From Microgenomates group bacterium (lineage in GTDB: Bacteria > Patescibacteriota > Microgenomatia > UBA10105 > UBA927), in assembly GCA_049287205.1 (NCBI GenBank), contig JBAQFJ010000001.1, positions 43,156 through 107,155 on the forward strand: 64,000 nucleotides of DNA. Reading direction: 5' to 3'. Position 1 is the first letter of the stretch, and each line of letters opens with the position of its first letter. Of this stretch, positions 25,350 through 34,191 are shown piece after piece. A program made the position numbers and the translations under genes. The notes beneath the pieces were generated by a model. That model had not been told where the DNA came from and did no database searches. It saw only the letters and a list, made by a program, of their open reading frames with translations.

Positions 25350-27233
25350 ATGATGCAAACAATGAAACAACAACTTACTGAACTTTTTACTTCTGTGCTT
25401 GCTTCCATGGATGTTTCAGGTGTTGTCCCCCAAGTCTCTCGACCGGAACATGCAGGTCATGGCGATTACACAACGAACATTGCGATGATTGTTGCCAAGG
25501 AAAAAAAGCAGAATCCTATAACTATTGCCAATGAGCTAAAGAAAGCAATTGATACTCAGTTAGCTACAACGAAGCATTCAAAGGGGGATCAGAATAACAC
25601 CAAAGATAGTCAAACTATGTCAGATTTTGGTGATGAGAAACAGGAAGAAAATATATTACAGGCTATAGCAAAAATTGAGGTCGCACCGCCGGGGTTTATT
25701 AACGTCTTTTTATCCGAGGCTAGTCTTAGCACTCATGTGATGAGACTGCCAAAATCAGAGAAAAGCGCCAGAATAAGCCAAAAATCAACAGGGAAGAAGA
25801 TCATGGTGGAATATGCGCATCCAAATACGCACAAAGCCTTCCATATCGGGCATCTTCGCAATATTACGACCGGAGAATGCATGGCGCGGCTTCTTGAAGC
25901 GGTTGGAAACAAGGTTATTCGGGCAAACTATCAAGGAGATGTGGGGCTTCATATAGGAAAATGTTTATATGGTATTTTGCATATTCCCAACGGGATTTTA
26001 CAACTTGATTCGCTCACAAACATAAATGGCAAAGTTGATTTTTTGGCCTATGCCTATGTCTACGGAGCGAATGCGTATGAAAAAGGCGGCGAGGCAAAAC
26101 TCGAAGTGGAGCGTATTAATAAACAAATTTACGCAAAAGACCCGACGATCTATCCGTTGTATGAAAAGACTCGGCAATGGAGTCTGGATTATTTTGCCAC
26201 CATCTATAAACGGGTGGGAACGAAGTTCGACCATTATTATTTTGAATCCGAGACCTATGAAAACGGGAAACAACTTGTTCTTGATGGGGTAAAACAAGGA
26301 ATTTTCAAAGAAGACAAGGGCGCAATTATTTTTGAGGGAGAAAAATACGGACTGCATAACCGCGTGTTTATCACGGGCGAAGGAAATCCGACCTATGAGG
26401 CAAAAGACATGGGTCTTGCCAAACTGCAGTTTGCAGATTACAAACCATCAGAGGTCATCCATTGTGTCGGCTCGGAACAAATCGGGTACTTCCAAGTCAT
26501 TATAGAGGCTCTTAGCCATCTTCTTCCGGAAACAACCGGCAAAGAAAAACATTTGGTGTATGGCTGGGTGAGGCTAAAAGAAGGCAAAATGTCGAGTCGT
26601 ACAGGACAGGTAGTACTAGGAGAAACGCTTCTTGACAATGTAAAGTCAGAAATTCAGAACATACTATCTCATAATGATACAAAGTACTCAGAAAGAGATC
26701 AAACTAATATATCTGAAGCCTGTGCCATTGCCGCGGTAAAGTATAGTTTCTTAAAAGTTGGGACAACGCAGGATGTGGCGTTTGACATGAAAGAGTCAGT
26801 AAATATCCATGGTGACTCGGGTCCATATCTTCTATACACATTTGCCCGTTGTCAGTCCGTGCTTCGCAAAGCATCTATTCAGCTTACCAAAGAAGTGATT
26901 AAGAAAATGAAACCGGAAGAACGGGAAGTCGCACGATTGTTGTTGTATTTTCCTGAGGTAATACAAGAAGCAGCAGATACGTTTGCTCCCAACATGATTT
27001 GTACGTATTTATTTACCCTCGCACAGGCATTTAATGTGTTCTATGCGAATTGTCCGATTCTCGTCTCTGACACGGAGATGTCAAAGGCGGAGATGATCAT
27101 TGCTGAAAAAGAGGGAACAAAACTGCCATCAAACAACATTTCCTCCTTCCGTATTATGCTTACGGAAGCAACGGCAAATACACTCGGTCTTGGACTTCAC
27201 ATTTTGGGAATTCCAACGATAGAAAAGATGTAA
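25350..27233 (+). CDS. argS: arginyl-tRNA synthetase
   Basis: AHPNTHKAFHIGHLRN (HIGH), KMSSRTGQ, and a DALR-like anticodon-binding C-terminus. Confidence 0.85.
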   Translation: MMQTMKQQLTELFTSVLASMDVSGVVPQVSRPEHAGHGDYTTNIAMIVAKEKKQNPITIANELKKAIDTQLATTKHSKGDQNNTKDSQTMSDFGDEKQEENILQAIAKIEVAPPGFINVFLSEASLSTHVMRLPKSEKSARISQKSTGKKIMVEYAHPNTHKAFHIGHLRNITTGECMARLLEAVGNKVIRANYQGDVGLHIGKCLYGILHIPNGILQLDSLTNINGKVDFLAYAYVYGANAYEKGGEAKLEVERINKQIYAKDPTIYPLYEKTRQWSLDYFATIYKRVGTKFDHYYFESETYENGKQLVLDGVKQGIFKEDKGAIIFEGEKYGLHNRVFITGEGNPTYEAKDMGLAKLQFADYKPSEVIHCVGSEQIGYFQVIIEALSHLLPETTGKEKHLVYGWVRLKEGKMSSRTGQVVLGETLLDNVKSEIQNILSHNDTKYSERDQTNISEACAIAAVKYSFLKVGTTQDVAFDMKESVNIHGDSGPYLLYTFARCQSVLRKASIQLTKEVIKKMKPEEREVARLLLYFPEVIQEAADTFAPNMICTYLFTLAQAFNVFYANCPILVSDTEMSKAEMIIAEKEGTKLPSNNISSFRIMLTEATANTLGLGLHILGIPTIEKM

Positions 27234-27244
27234 TATTGGTGTAT

Positions 27245-28324
27245 ATGGGAGAAATAGTTTTATTTGGTGTAGGAGAGCCTTTACAGAGGCATACGCCTAT
27301 TCGGATGCTTCATACATTGTTTCTTGATGCTTCAAATACTATGCAAGAAAGAACTGTTCCTGTACACAATCGTCCACGTATTCACTTCGAAGACCGTACT
27401 CTTCCAACAGAAAACATGGTTGAACATCTGGACTACACTGTTGTTCGACCTGAAAATGTGTCTGATCCTGTTGAGGTTGCCCTCATCGGCGGACTGCATG
27501 CGAATGAATCGGAAGCGCCAGAAATTGCTTCGGTGCTGTTTGCTAAAAAATCGTTTCCCCGAATAGAGGCATGGAATGTGAACGTGGCCGCAGGAATGCT
27601 CGGAACACGGGGATGGGTGCAACCTGTTGCTGACAAAGAAATTGTACCGGTTCGGGATCGGATTCGCATGAATAATACGAAGGAAGTGAAGCGGGGAGGG
27701 AAGGTTGGAAGAAAAATGGATATAAATCGGCAATTTCCGATTCCTGAAGATGCGAAATCATGGGATGATGTTTATGATGCGTTGTCATATCCCGAAGCGA
27801 AGCTACTCCTTACTATGGTAAAAGATAATCCAGATCTTAAATATTTATTTGCATTTCATGAAGATTTAGAATTTGGTCATAATGACCAAGTGGCTTCAGT
27901 AACAGAATCATTAGCGAGAGATGGTATGTATTTTTATGACACACCGCCTGATGCACGAACAGATGCGGATAAACAGATGATTGACGGGTTAAAAACTAAT
28001 CTGGCGACAGCGCTTACTGATGTAGGATTTTCTTTGTTTCATGGAGTGGATGATCCAACCGATCCTGCACTTGGGTATGTTGCGGATCACGGGTATATTT
28101 ATCAGCCAAATGTTGATGAAAAAGGAGTGAGGAAGCTGGATGGAACGTTTGAATCAGCAATTGTGGAACTTGGAAGACTCGGTCTTACAGATATTGATCG
28201 TGCGTTTTCGTTTGAGGTACCGGGAGGATTGGTGCTGGAACGAAAAAAACAGATGATGGAAATTATTACGAATACGTTTATTCTGCCGTTTCTTGCACAT
28301 AAAGGAATTACACCATCGAAATAG
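27245..28324 (+). CDS. M14 zinc carboxypeptidase / succinylglutamate-desuccinylase-aspartoacylase-like protein
   Basis: VALIGGLHANESEAPEI, KMDINRQFP (DLNR-like) and AFHEDLE motifs. Confidence 0.45.
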   Translation: MGEIVLFGVGEPLQRHTPIRMLHTLFLDASNTMQERTVPVHNRPRIHFEDRTLPTENMVEHLDYTVVRPENVSDPVEVALIGGLHANESEAPEIASVLFAKKSFPRIEAWNVNVAAGMLGTRGWVQPVADKEIVPVRDRIRMNNTKEVKRGGKVGRKMDINRQFPIPEDAKSWDDVYDALSYPEAKLLLTMVKDNPDLKYLFAFHEDLEFGHNDQVASVTESLARDGMYFYDTPPDARTDADKQMIDGLKTNLATALTDVGFSLFHGVDDPTDPALGYVADHGYIYQPNVDEKGVRKLDGTFESAIVELGRLGLTDIDRAFSFEVPGGLVLERKKQMMEIITNTFILPFLAHKGITPSK

Positions 28325-28757
28325 CTTTGACTTTCTTCCCCTAACACTGGTATACTAGCTATTCTTTCGGATGGAAATAGCTTCTCAATGCGCTGTTTTT
28401 TATATCTGTAGGAAAATTTGCTCTTTGGTACGTGTCGTCTGGTACTAGCATACTTTTGGTTGTGAGAAGGAAAGAAGAGGAGACTGTGGATACAAGCAAA
28501 AATGATCAGAAACAAGGTACGGACGGGAAGAAAGAAACCGGTTCGGTTTCGGGAAAAGCCTCAGCTGAGCAACAAGAAAAAAAGCTGTCAGAGGCTCATT
28601 TTGACCCATTTACGCATACACCCTATGTGTATGCCCAATATTTCTAATATTGGATAGTTTAAAAAAAGAGCACCATCAGCAAACGCCTGAAATCTTATAT
28701 GAGTACCGATATATATCGGATGTATGAGTAAGTAGGGCGTTGTTTTTTTGGTCTTTT

Positions 28758-28943
28758 TTGACTTTTCATAAGCAGAGCATATAATCAGCTTATATTTGTT
28801 GTCCCTGCCGGCACTTTGCGCCGGTTTTTTTTGGAGCAACACATAGTATTTTTGCTCTTTGACATATCGTGTGAATACAAGAGTATTTCTTATTGATAGG
28901 CAACGATATAGCCCTTTTTGGGGTTATATGTTTTGCCTATCAA
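28758..28943 (+). promoter_or_regulatory. leader module copy 1: consensus promoter, hairpin+T-run, conserved 15-mer, long-range stem
   Basis: TTGACT(28758)-16-TATAAT(28780-28785). Hairpin ccggc/gccgg at 28808-28824 with a T8 run. CTTTGACATATCGTG at 28857-28871. 12-bp stem attgataGGCAA / TTGCCtatcaat at 28892-28903 / 28932-28943. Confidence 0.5.
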
Positions 28944-28970
28944 TTGAGTTCAAATGTAGAAAGGTGCAAA

Positions 28971-29489
28971 ATGAAAGCACTAAAAGTGGTTGGCCTAGTC
29001 ATTGTTGCAAAAAAAGAGGGAGGAAAAGAAGAATTTTTTCAGATTGTCAGTGTGAGCACACGTGAAGACTGGTGTGCATTAATGGTGAAGTGGAAAAACA
29101 ATGCTTGGGGGAAAGATACGTGTGCTATTGTGGATCGTGATGATATGGTCTGGATAGATTGTAAAGGAATATCAAAGCCGTATGATGTTCGGGTGTTTAC
29201 GGAAGACGACAGATGGAATCGACATCTTCCAGAATCGTTCTATGAGTTCTCGGTTCTTCCTGTAAATCCATGTTTTCTCACAGAAAGAATGACTGAAATG
29301 CTTCGCATGATCAATCGTGAATTAGAGAATCTTATCATTGCATATCCGCGCATTCAGTCGGATCTCCCGTCTAAGGATATAAAGGATCTGCATACTTTTT
29401 GTTTAAACTATGCGAGTAATTTAGACCTTATTAAACAACAGATTGCATCCTTAGAGGGTCTATCTACCATACAAGAAACGGAGTCATAA
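28971..29489 (+). CDS. hypothetical protein (172 aa)
   Basis: RBS aaaggtg, then MKALKVVGLVIVAKK... The track ORF 28893.. extends into the leader stem. Confidence 0.55.
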   Translation: MKALKVVGLVIVAKKEGGKEEFFQIVSVSTREDWCALMVKWKNNAWGKDTCAIVDRDDMVWIDCKGISKPYDVRVFTEDDRWNRHLPESFYEFSVLPVNPCFLTERMTEMLRMINRELENLIIAYPRIQSDLPSKDIKDLHTFCLNYASNLDLIKQQIASLEGLSTIQETES

Positions 29490-29869
29490 TGAAACAAATG
29501 TTAGAAAAAGGTGTTATGGTGGCGATTACACAGCCAGTGCACAGCTATCCAAAAGGAACTGTTGGGCACGTCACCGGTAGTCAACAAGGTGTTTGGGACG
29601 TGGAGATTGGAAATACATCAATTCCTGTGTTCGAGCAGTTTCTGAAACGCATTTCACTGAGTATGCGAGATGCACGGCCAGGTACTATTTGCGTTCTCTT
29701 GAAAGATGAAACCTGGGCCCGTTCTGGGACAATCGTTACCGTTAGGGAACAATTGGGGAATCACGTTACAGTAGCAAAACGCGGTTCGTTACCATGGTGG
29801 GACATATTACCAATACAGTTGCGGAAAGCAACAGTTAAAGAGATGTTTCGCTACTTATTCACGCGATGA
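29489..29869 (+). CDS. hypothetical protein (126 aa), translationally coupled (TAATG) to upstream gene
   Basis: 1-nt stop/start overlap. No recognisable family. Confidence 0.55.
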   Translation: MKQMLEKGVMVAITQPVHSYPKGTVGHVTGSQQGVWDVEIGNTSIPVFEQFLKRISLSMRDARPGTICVLLKDETWARSGTIVTVREQLGNHVTVAKRGSLPWWDILPIQLRKATVKEMFRYLFTR

Positions 29870-30096
29870 ACAAAAGAGAAAGCACACCCAAACTTTGGTT
29901 ATCTATGAGCTGAGGTCTCATACAAAGTTGTTCGTTAGGGGTGTGTTTTTTTTGGTGTTGACAGAGTGTAGGGGATTCTGGTTAAATAGAAAAAAGCGCT
30001 CGAAAAACAAGCTTTTTCAGGCGCGTTTTTGTTTTTTCTCAAGTAACGAACGATCGCAACATCCTTGGAGACGTTCACCAAACGGAAAAACAACCT

Positions 30097-30876
30097 ATGA
30101 CCAGTCCAGAATCATCACCAGCAGGACGAATGTTTATCCCAATGGGAGGAGATAATTCCTGCGGTAAAAGTGCACTTGCCAGAGAATTAAGTTTGTATTT
30201 TCGGAGTCCGGAAGATGGTCATGATCCAATTCCTACCTATGTTGTTCATGCGGGAGATTTTTTTCGCCACATGGCAAGTATTCCTGAAGGATTTCCCCTT
30301 GATACACCGGAACAAATTCGTAATTCCGCTGCAATTGCGCTAGAACACATGCAGTGCAAGGTCAATCCAGAGACAGGCGAAATGTTTCTTAGCAATGGTG
30401 TTGATCTGTTTAAACAAAATGTGGCAAATGGTCATGGTGGCTCGAAACTCGGGAGCAATCCCCATCTTGCCGAATTTGTCGGTGATGTGATTTTTGGTTT
30501 GTTTGAACAATGGTTACCGAAAAACGAGAAAGGAATAGGACTCGTTGAAGGGAGAGAAGATTGGGGAATTGATGGACTGGCGCTTCGCATAAACGCCCGG
30601 ACTGGTGTTCGTCGTGAATTTTTTCGTCAGGAGCGGGAAGAAGCAGTGCATTGGAGCATTGAAAAAGTAAATGAGACGATCTTTGCGCGTGATGCGCTTG
30701 ATGCACCTATTTTAGCGCCACTGAAGGCCAGAGAAACCAACATTGTTACAGTTACCCGAGTAGATAACACCGAACACGCTACACGGCAACTGGCGAGGCA
30801 GATTAGCGGTATTATTTTTGATTATCGTGAAGGAAAAATTCCTGCAAATTTTGGTGTTATTCCTATCAGCGGATAA
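30097..30876 (+). CDS. P-loop NTPase, divergent cytidylate-kinase-like
   Basis: Walker A GGDNSCGKS. C-terminal ARDALDAPILAPLKA resembles Cmk RDxxDxxRxxAPLKxA. Confidence 0.4.
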   Translation: MTSPESSPAGRMFIPMGGDNSCGKSALARELSLYFRSPEDGHDPIPTYVVHAGDFFRHMASIPEGFPLDTPEQIRNSAAIALEHMQCKVNPETGEMFLSNGVDLFKQNVANGHGGSKLGSNPHLAEFVGDVIFGLFEQWLPKNEKGIGLVEGREDWGIDGLALRINARTGVRREFFRQEREEAVHWSIEKVNETIFARDALDAPILAPLKARETNIVTVTRVDNTEHATRQLARQISGIIFDYREGKIPANFGVIPISG

Positions 30877-30895
30877 TTTTCTCTTAATTTCACGA

Positions 30896-30933
30896 GGTTC
30901 AGACCCTGTCAGGGTCCTGTCAGGGTCTGAACC
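30896..30933 (+). terminator. hairpin with perfect 13-bp stem (ggttcagaccctg ... cagggtctgaacc)
   Basis: Perfect inverted repeat 20 nt after the stop codon at 30876. A T-rich tract follows 9 nt later. Confidence 0.5.
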
Positions 30934-30948
30934 TGAGGCTACGAATTT

Positions 30949-31119
30949 TTGACTTTTTCTTCCCTGGGCATATAATACCCACTAGTACAATTTGTCTCTG
31001 CCTTTCGCTTGCGAAAGGTTTTTTGTGGCAATCAAGTATTTTTTCGTTCTTTGACATATCGTGTGAAAAAAATGTGGGCAAGGTGGTGTCGTCAATATAT
31101 TGACGGTTTATTTTGCCCA
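30949..31119 (+). promoter_or_regulatory. leader module copy 2
   Basis: TTGACT(30949)-16-TATAAT(30971-30976). Hairpin cctttcgc/gcgaaagg at 31001-31018 with a T6 run. CTTTGACATATCGTG at 31049-31063. Stem tgGGCAA / TTGCCca at 31075-31081 / 31113-31119, enclosing the perfect 16-nt palindrome cgtcaatatattgacg (31090-31105). Confidence 0.5.
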
Positions 31120-31166
31120 TATATGGGTTAGTTGTTTTTATTTGAGATTCGGGGAAAAGGAGCAGT

Positions 31167-31445
31167 ATGGAAGATGCAGTGTTTGATCAGATAGGTACGT
31201 TGTTGGATTTGGTTTCTGGCAAAGCGGGGTGTGATGAAGATGGAGTGGATAGAGTGGAACAGGTGATTTTGCTTTTGAAGAACAATCCACCAACAGCTGA
31301 TCAGATGGTATCCATTCAGGAACAGTTTTGTACGACAATACGTCGTATTGATCCGATAAAAGCAAAGGATACACATCGGGAGCTTACAGTTGCAATAGAA
31401 AATGTGTTGCCGACATTCCGTGCGCAGAGTAACCAATCGTTATGA
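31167..31445 (+). CDS. hypothetical protein (92 aa)
   Basis: RBS aaaggagc. No recognisable family. Confidence 0.5.
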   Translation: MEDAVFDQIGTLLDLVSGKAGCDEDGVDRVEQVILLLKNNPPTADQMVSIQEQFCTTIRRIDPIKAKDTHRELTVAIENVLPTFRAQSNQSL

Positions 31446-31465
31446 ATTTATAAAACGGAGGAAGA

Positions 31466-32011
31466 ATGAAAACGATACAAACTATCCAAGCAGTCCATCC
31501 ACTGCAAACAATGGTGGATGTGTCGAAACTTGTGCAACAGACGACGGATTTGTTTTTGTTGTCTTGTTATCTGAATGAAATTTTAGAGTTGATTTCCGAT
31601 GTTAAAAAGTTTAGGAAACAGCATGCTGGGTTGCCGGTTTTTCCGCTGTTTACCAATATTATCGATCCTGAGACGTTGGTGTTGTTTAAACGTAGTGTTG
31701 AGGATCGGAAACAATGGATTTTTATGAATAAAACAGACGATTCTGGAAGAACATTTACATCGGAAGAAGCAAAACAAATTCATCTTCTGTGTACGGAAAT
31801 TATCGAAAAGATTGATAGTCTTTTGGGTACATTTTTTATCTTACGCAATGCGTGTAACGGATATTTTGCAGGCCAACTGGTTCGATTGAAGTATTATACA
31901 GGACAAATTGCTTCCGTTACTCCCATGTTCCCGCATCAGGATGCGTGGGGATTTTCTTTGAATAAAGATTTGCTTCAACCATATGAAGATAGCCTAAAAA
32001 AGATGAATTGA
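31466..32011 (+). CDS. hypothetical protein (181 aa), paralog of next gene
   Basis: RBS acggagga. TTDLFLLSCYLNEILELISD matches TKDLFLLAAMVRAVLDILND in the next ORF. Confidence 0.6.
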   Translation: MKTIQTIQAVHPLQTMVDVSKLVQQTTDLFLLSCYLNEILELISDVKKFRKQHAGLPVFPLFTNIIDPETLVLFKRSVEDRKQWIFMNKTDDSGRTFTSEEAKQIHLLCTEIIEKIDSLLGTFFILRNACNGYFAGQLVRLKYYTGQIASVTPMFPHQDAWGFSLNKDLLQPYEDSLKKMN

Positions 32012-32059
32012 AAGAAGTATTGCGGAGACTTTATATTTCAGAGAAGAAGGAGTGATACG

Positions 32060-32659
32060 ATGAAAACACGTGCATCAATTGTTGATGCTGCTCTGCAGCA
32101 AATCAGTGAATCAAATCAATTATATTGGCGATCGTTTTGTGCCACATTGCGTCGTACGAAAGATCTTTTTTTACTTGCCGCAATGGTACGAGCAGTGTTG
32201 GATATACTCAATGACCCGGATATGTATCGCGACTTACACTGGGGTCAATTGCCATTAACCAATCATGAGGTCGATGCTGATGCATTACGTGCATTTCGTG
32301 CGTGCATACTGTCGCGTCAGCGGTGGTTGCTGCGGCAGTATTATCAGAATGTGGAAAAAGGCGTATATGTAACCCTTTTTAAGGATGTACACCCTGTGTA
32401 TCAGGCCTGTCAGCGAACGATCGATTTCATCAGTCTTCGTCTTGACCATTGGGAATTGCGTCACCGGTTTGTCGGCAAACAATACACATTAATCGGTCCG
32501 CATAATGGGCATGGCGACAATACACTCGTAGTCTGTGTTGACGTATTGAGCGAGCATGCATTGGCCGTGCGTCCAGTCATCAAGACGGGGAATGACAGCA
32601 GTTTTCATGTCGATCTTGCATGTCTGAAACCATTGGATGATGAATCTCTCTCTACTTAG
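32060..32659 (+). CDS. hypothetical protein (199 aa), paralog of previous gene
   Basis: RBS gaaggag. Shared N-terminal motif with the 31466 ORF. Confidence 0.6.
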   Translation: MKTRASIVDAALQQISESNQLYWRSFCATLRRTKDLFLLAAMVRAVLDILNDPDMYRDLHWGQLPLTNHEVDADALRAFRACILSRQRWLLRQYYQNVEKGVYVTLFKDVHPVYQACQRTIDFISLRLDHWELRHRFVGKQYTLIGPHNGHGDNTLVVCVDVLSEHALAVRPVIKTGNDSSFHVDLACLKPLDDESLST

Positions 32660-32719
32660 AGTCTCTAGTTTTTGGATACCCTTAGACAATGACGTCTAAA
32701 TCACACGATATTCTATCTA

Positions 32720-32779
32720 ACACCTATACAAGTTTTGAGCCAAGGAGGTCTCAAATATATTGTATAGGTGTTTTGTTTT
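32720..32779 (+). terminator. intrinsic terminator (10-bp stem cacctataca/tgtataggtg, 30-nt loop, T-run)
   Basis: Perfect inverted repeat at 32720-32729 / 32761-32770, followed by ttttgtttt. Confidence 0.5.
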
Positions 32780-32877
32780 GTGGATTCGTAGCTCTTTTCG
32801 AGGCTTCGAGAAAAAGCGTACGAGACACGACACCCGAAGGGTGTGTGATTTCCACCTCATTTTGAGGCTAGCCTCGC

Positions 32878-33059
32878 TTGACTTTTCCATCAGAATATCC
32901 TATAATATTAGCTCTCAGAGCTCTCGATACTCGGCGTTAGCGCTTGGTTTTTTGGGGCTTTGAGAAATATAGCTCTTTGACATATCGTGCAAATTTCTTA
33001 TTCATTGTAGGCAGCCCTATATCACGCTTTTGAAGCTGATATTTATTCTGTCTACAATG
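32878..33059 (+). promoter_or_regulatory. leader module copy 3
   Basis: TTGACT(32878)-17-TATAAT(32901-32906). Weaker hairpin and a T6 run near 32930-32956. CTTTGACATATCGTG at 32975-32989. Stem cattgtag / ctacaatg at 33003-33010 / 33052-33059, which abuts the RBS gaggag. Confidence 0.5.
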
Positions 33060-33069
33060 AGGAGAAGAC

Positions 33070-33339
33070 ATGGAAACAGGAATGGAACGTAGAATTACCA
33101 GTCGTCATGATTTGGAAAAAACCATGGTGGTTATCAAACACACTCGTGGTAAAAGCCAAAAAGTTGTTCTGGCAACCGATCCGTATGAAAAAATACCAGG
33201 AGAATGGTATATCAATATCGCACCTGTGGATAATCCACAAGAAGAAAATATTAAAACACTCAGTCTTTTGGTATACGGTGTCGCAGATGTGCAGCCAAAC
33301 ACTCTATACTGGCTTGAATTTGTCGGTACGGTAGCTTAA
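33070..33339 (+). CDS. hypothetical protein (89 aa)
   Basis: RBS gaggag. No recognisable family. Confidence 0.5.
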   Translation: METGMERRITSRHDLEKTMVVIKHTRGKSQKVVLATDPYEKIPGEWYINIAPVDNPQEENIKTLSLLVYGVADVQPNTLYWLEFVGTVA

Positions 33340-33353
33340 ATAGGAGAAATGGA

Positions 33354-33812
33354 ATGCGAAAACATACTGTTGTACTGTTTGTTGATGGAAATTCTATTGG
33401 TGTTGTCACCAAGAACTTGTTTTTTCGAAGGAAAAAGCGGGTTCGGTTTTCCTTCCGTAACATTGTTACATTTATGGATATTCCCACTGTGTTACTTCGT
33501 CCTGCAACAGAAGATGAGATTGTCTCGTACCTTGCGGTGCTTTTTCCGCGGGATCCCGGACAGTCGATTTTTTTGGCGGCAAAGAATCAGGTGACACTGT
33601 CACTGATTGCATTGTTGCAAGAGCGCGGCATGGAAAAACATGTGCTCAACGCCATTGATAAAGTGGCTTTGTCGGTACATGCAGGAGAAGTGGCAAGGTC
33701 GACAGTGGAAGTGTTTTATGCAGCGTTCAATCTGACATCTGGTATTGATACTGGAGGTGCATTGTCTGCCGCAATCGGTGTTCAACAACAAATTTCCATC
33801 TGCGGGTGGTAG
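33354..33812 (+). CDS. hypothetical protein (152 aa)
   Basis: RBS aggaga. No recognisable family. Confidence 0.5.
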   Translation: MRKHTVVLFVDGNSIGVVTKNLFFRRKKRVRFSFRNIVTFMDIPTVLLRPATEDEIVSYLAVLFPRDPGQSIFLAAKNQVTLSLIALLQERGMEKHVLNAIDKVALSVHAGEVARSTVEVFYAAFNLTSGIDTGGALSAAIGVQQQISICGW

Positions 33813-33818
33813 AGAAGA

Positions 33819-34154
33819 TTGGAGAAAAAAATGGCAAAGACACCAAGCATTCTACATCCAAACGATCAGCATAGCTTAACAGCAAAGCAGCACCCGTTCT
33901 ACCCGTTTCCTGAATCTGAAAAGGGACCGGTTGATCCAAACAAATACACCCATATTTTTTCGGGTGCGATGAAGCGAGACGAAGTGATTGCATTGCTCAA
34001 AAATATTCAGGTACTCCATAACGAACCTGTCCGATTCTGTGTGGATCAAAGCTTGTGGATTTCGATCAAGGCGCAGGTACAGGCATTGTTGGAGATCTGG
34101 AAAGCCGATGCGGAAGTTATCGAAGTAGTCAATGCAACGTTGCTTCTGTTTTAG
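33819..34154 (+). CDS. hypothetical protein (111 aa)
   Basis: Follows the upstream gene closely. No recognisable family. Confidence 0.45.
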   Translation: MEKKMAKTPSILHPNDQHSLTAKQHPFYPFPESEKGPVDPNKYTHIFSGAMKRDEVIALLKNIQVLHNEPVRFCVDQSLWISIKAQVQALLEIWKADAEVIEVVNATLLLF

Positions 34155-34191
34155 TAGTATACATAGTTCATATGAAAGGATCGAGAGTGCT

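Noticed and set aside
28432-28647. 71-aa ORF (low-complexity, K/E/G/S/T-rich) downstream of an extended -10 (TGGTATACT at 28352-28360).
   Set aside because: It could be a small hydrophilic protein from a GTG start with RBS gaggag, but its composition is low-complexity and nothing else supports it. I left it uncalled.
30942-30949. Streptococcal-type com-box / cin-box TACGAATA (hits at 30942 'tacgaatt', 39524 'tacgaata' and 39552 'tacgaatc'), possibly linking the island to competence (comEA/comEC are nearby).
   Set aside because: Seven- or eight-mer matches are expected by chance several times in 64 kb on two strands. The positions are not consistently at -10 of genes, and the organism is unlikely to use ComX.
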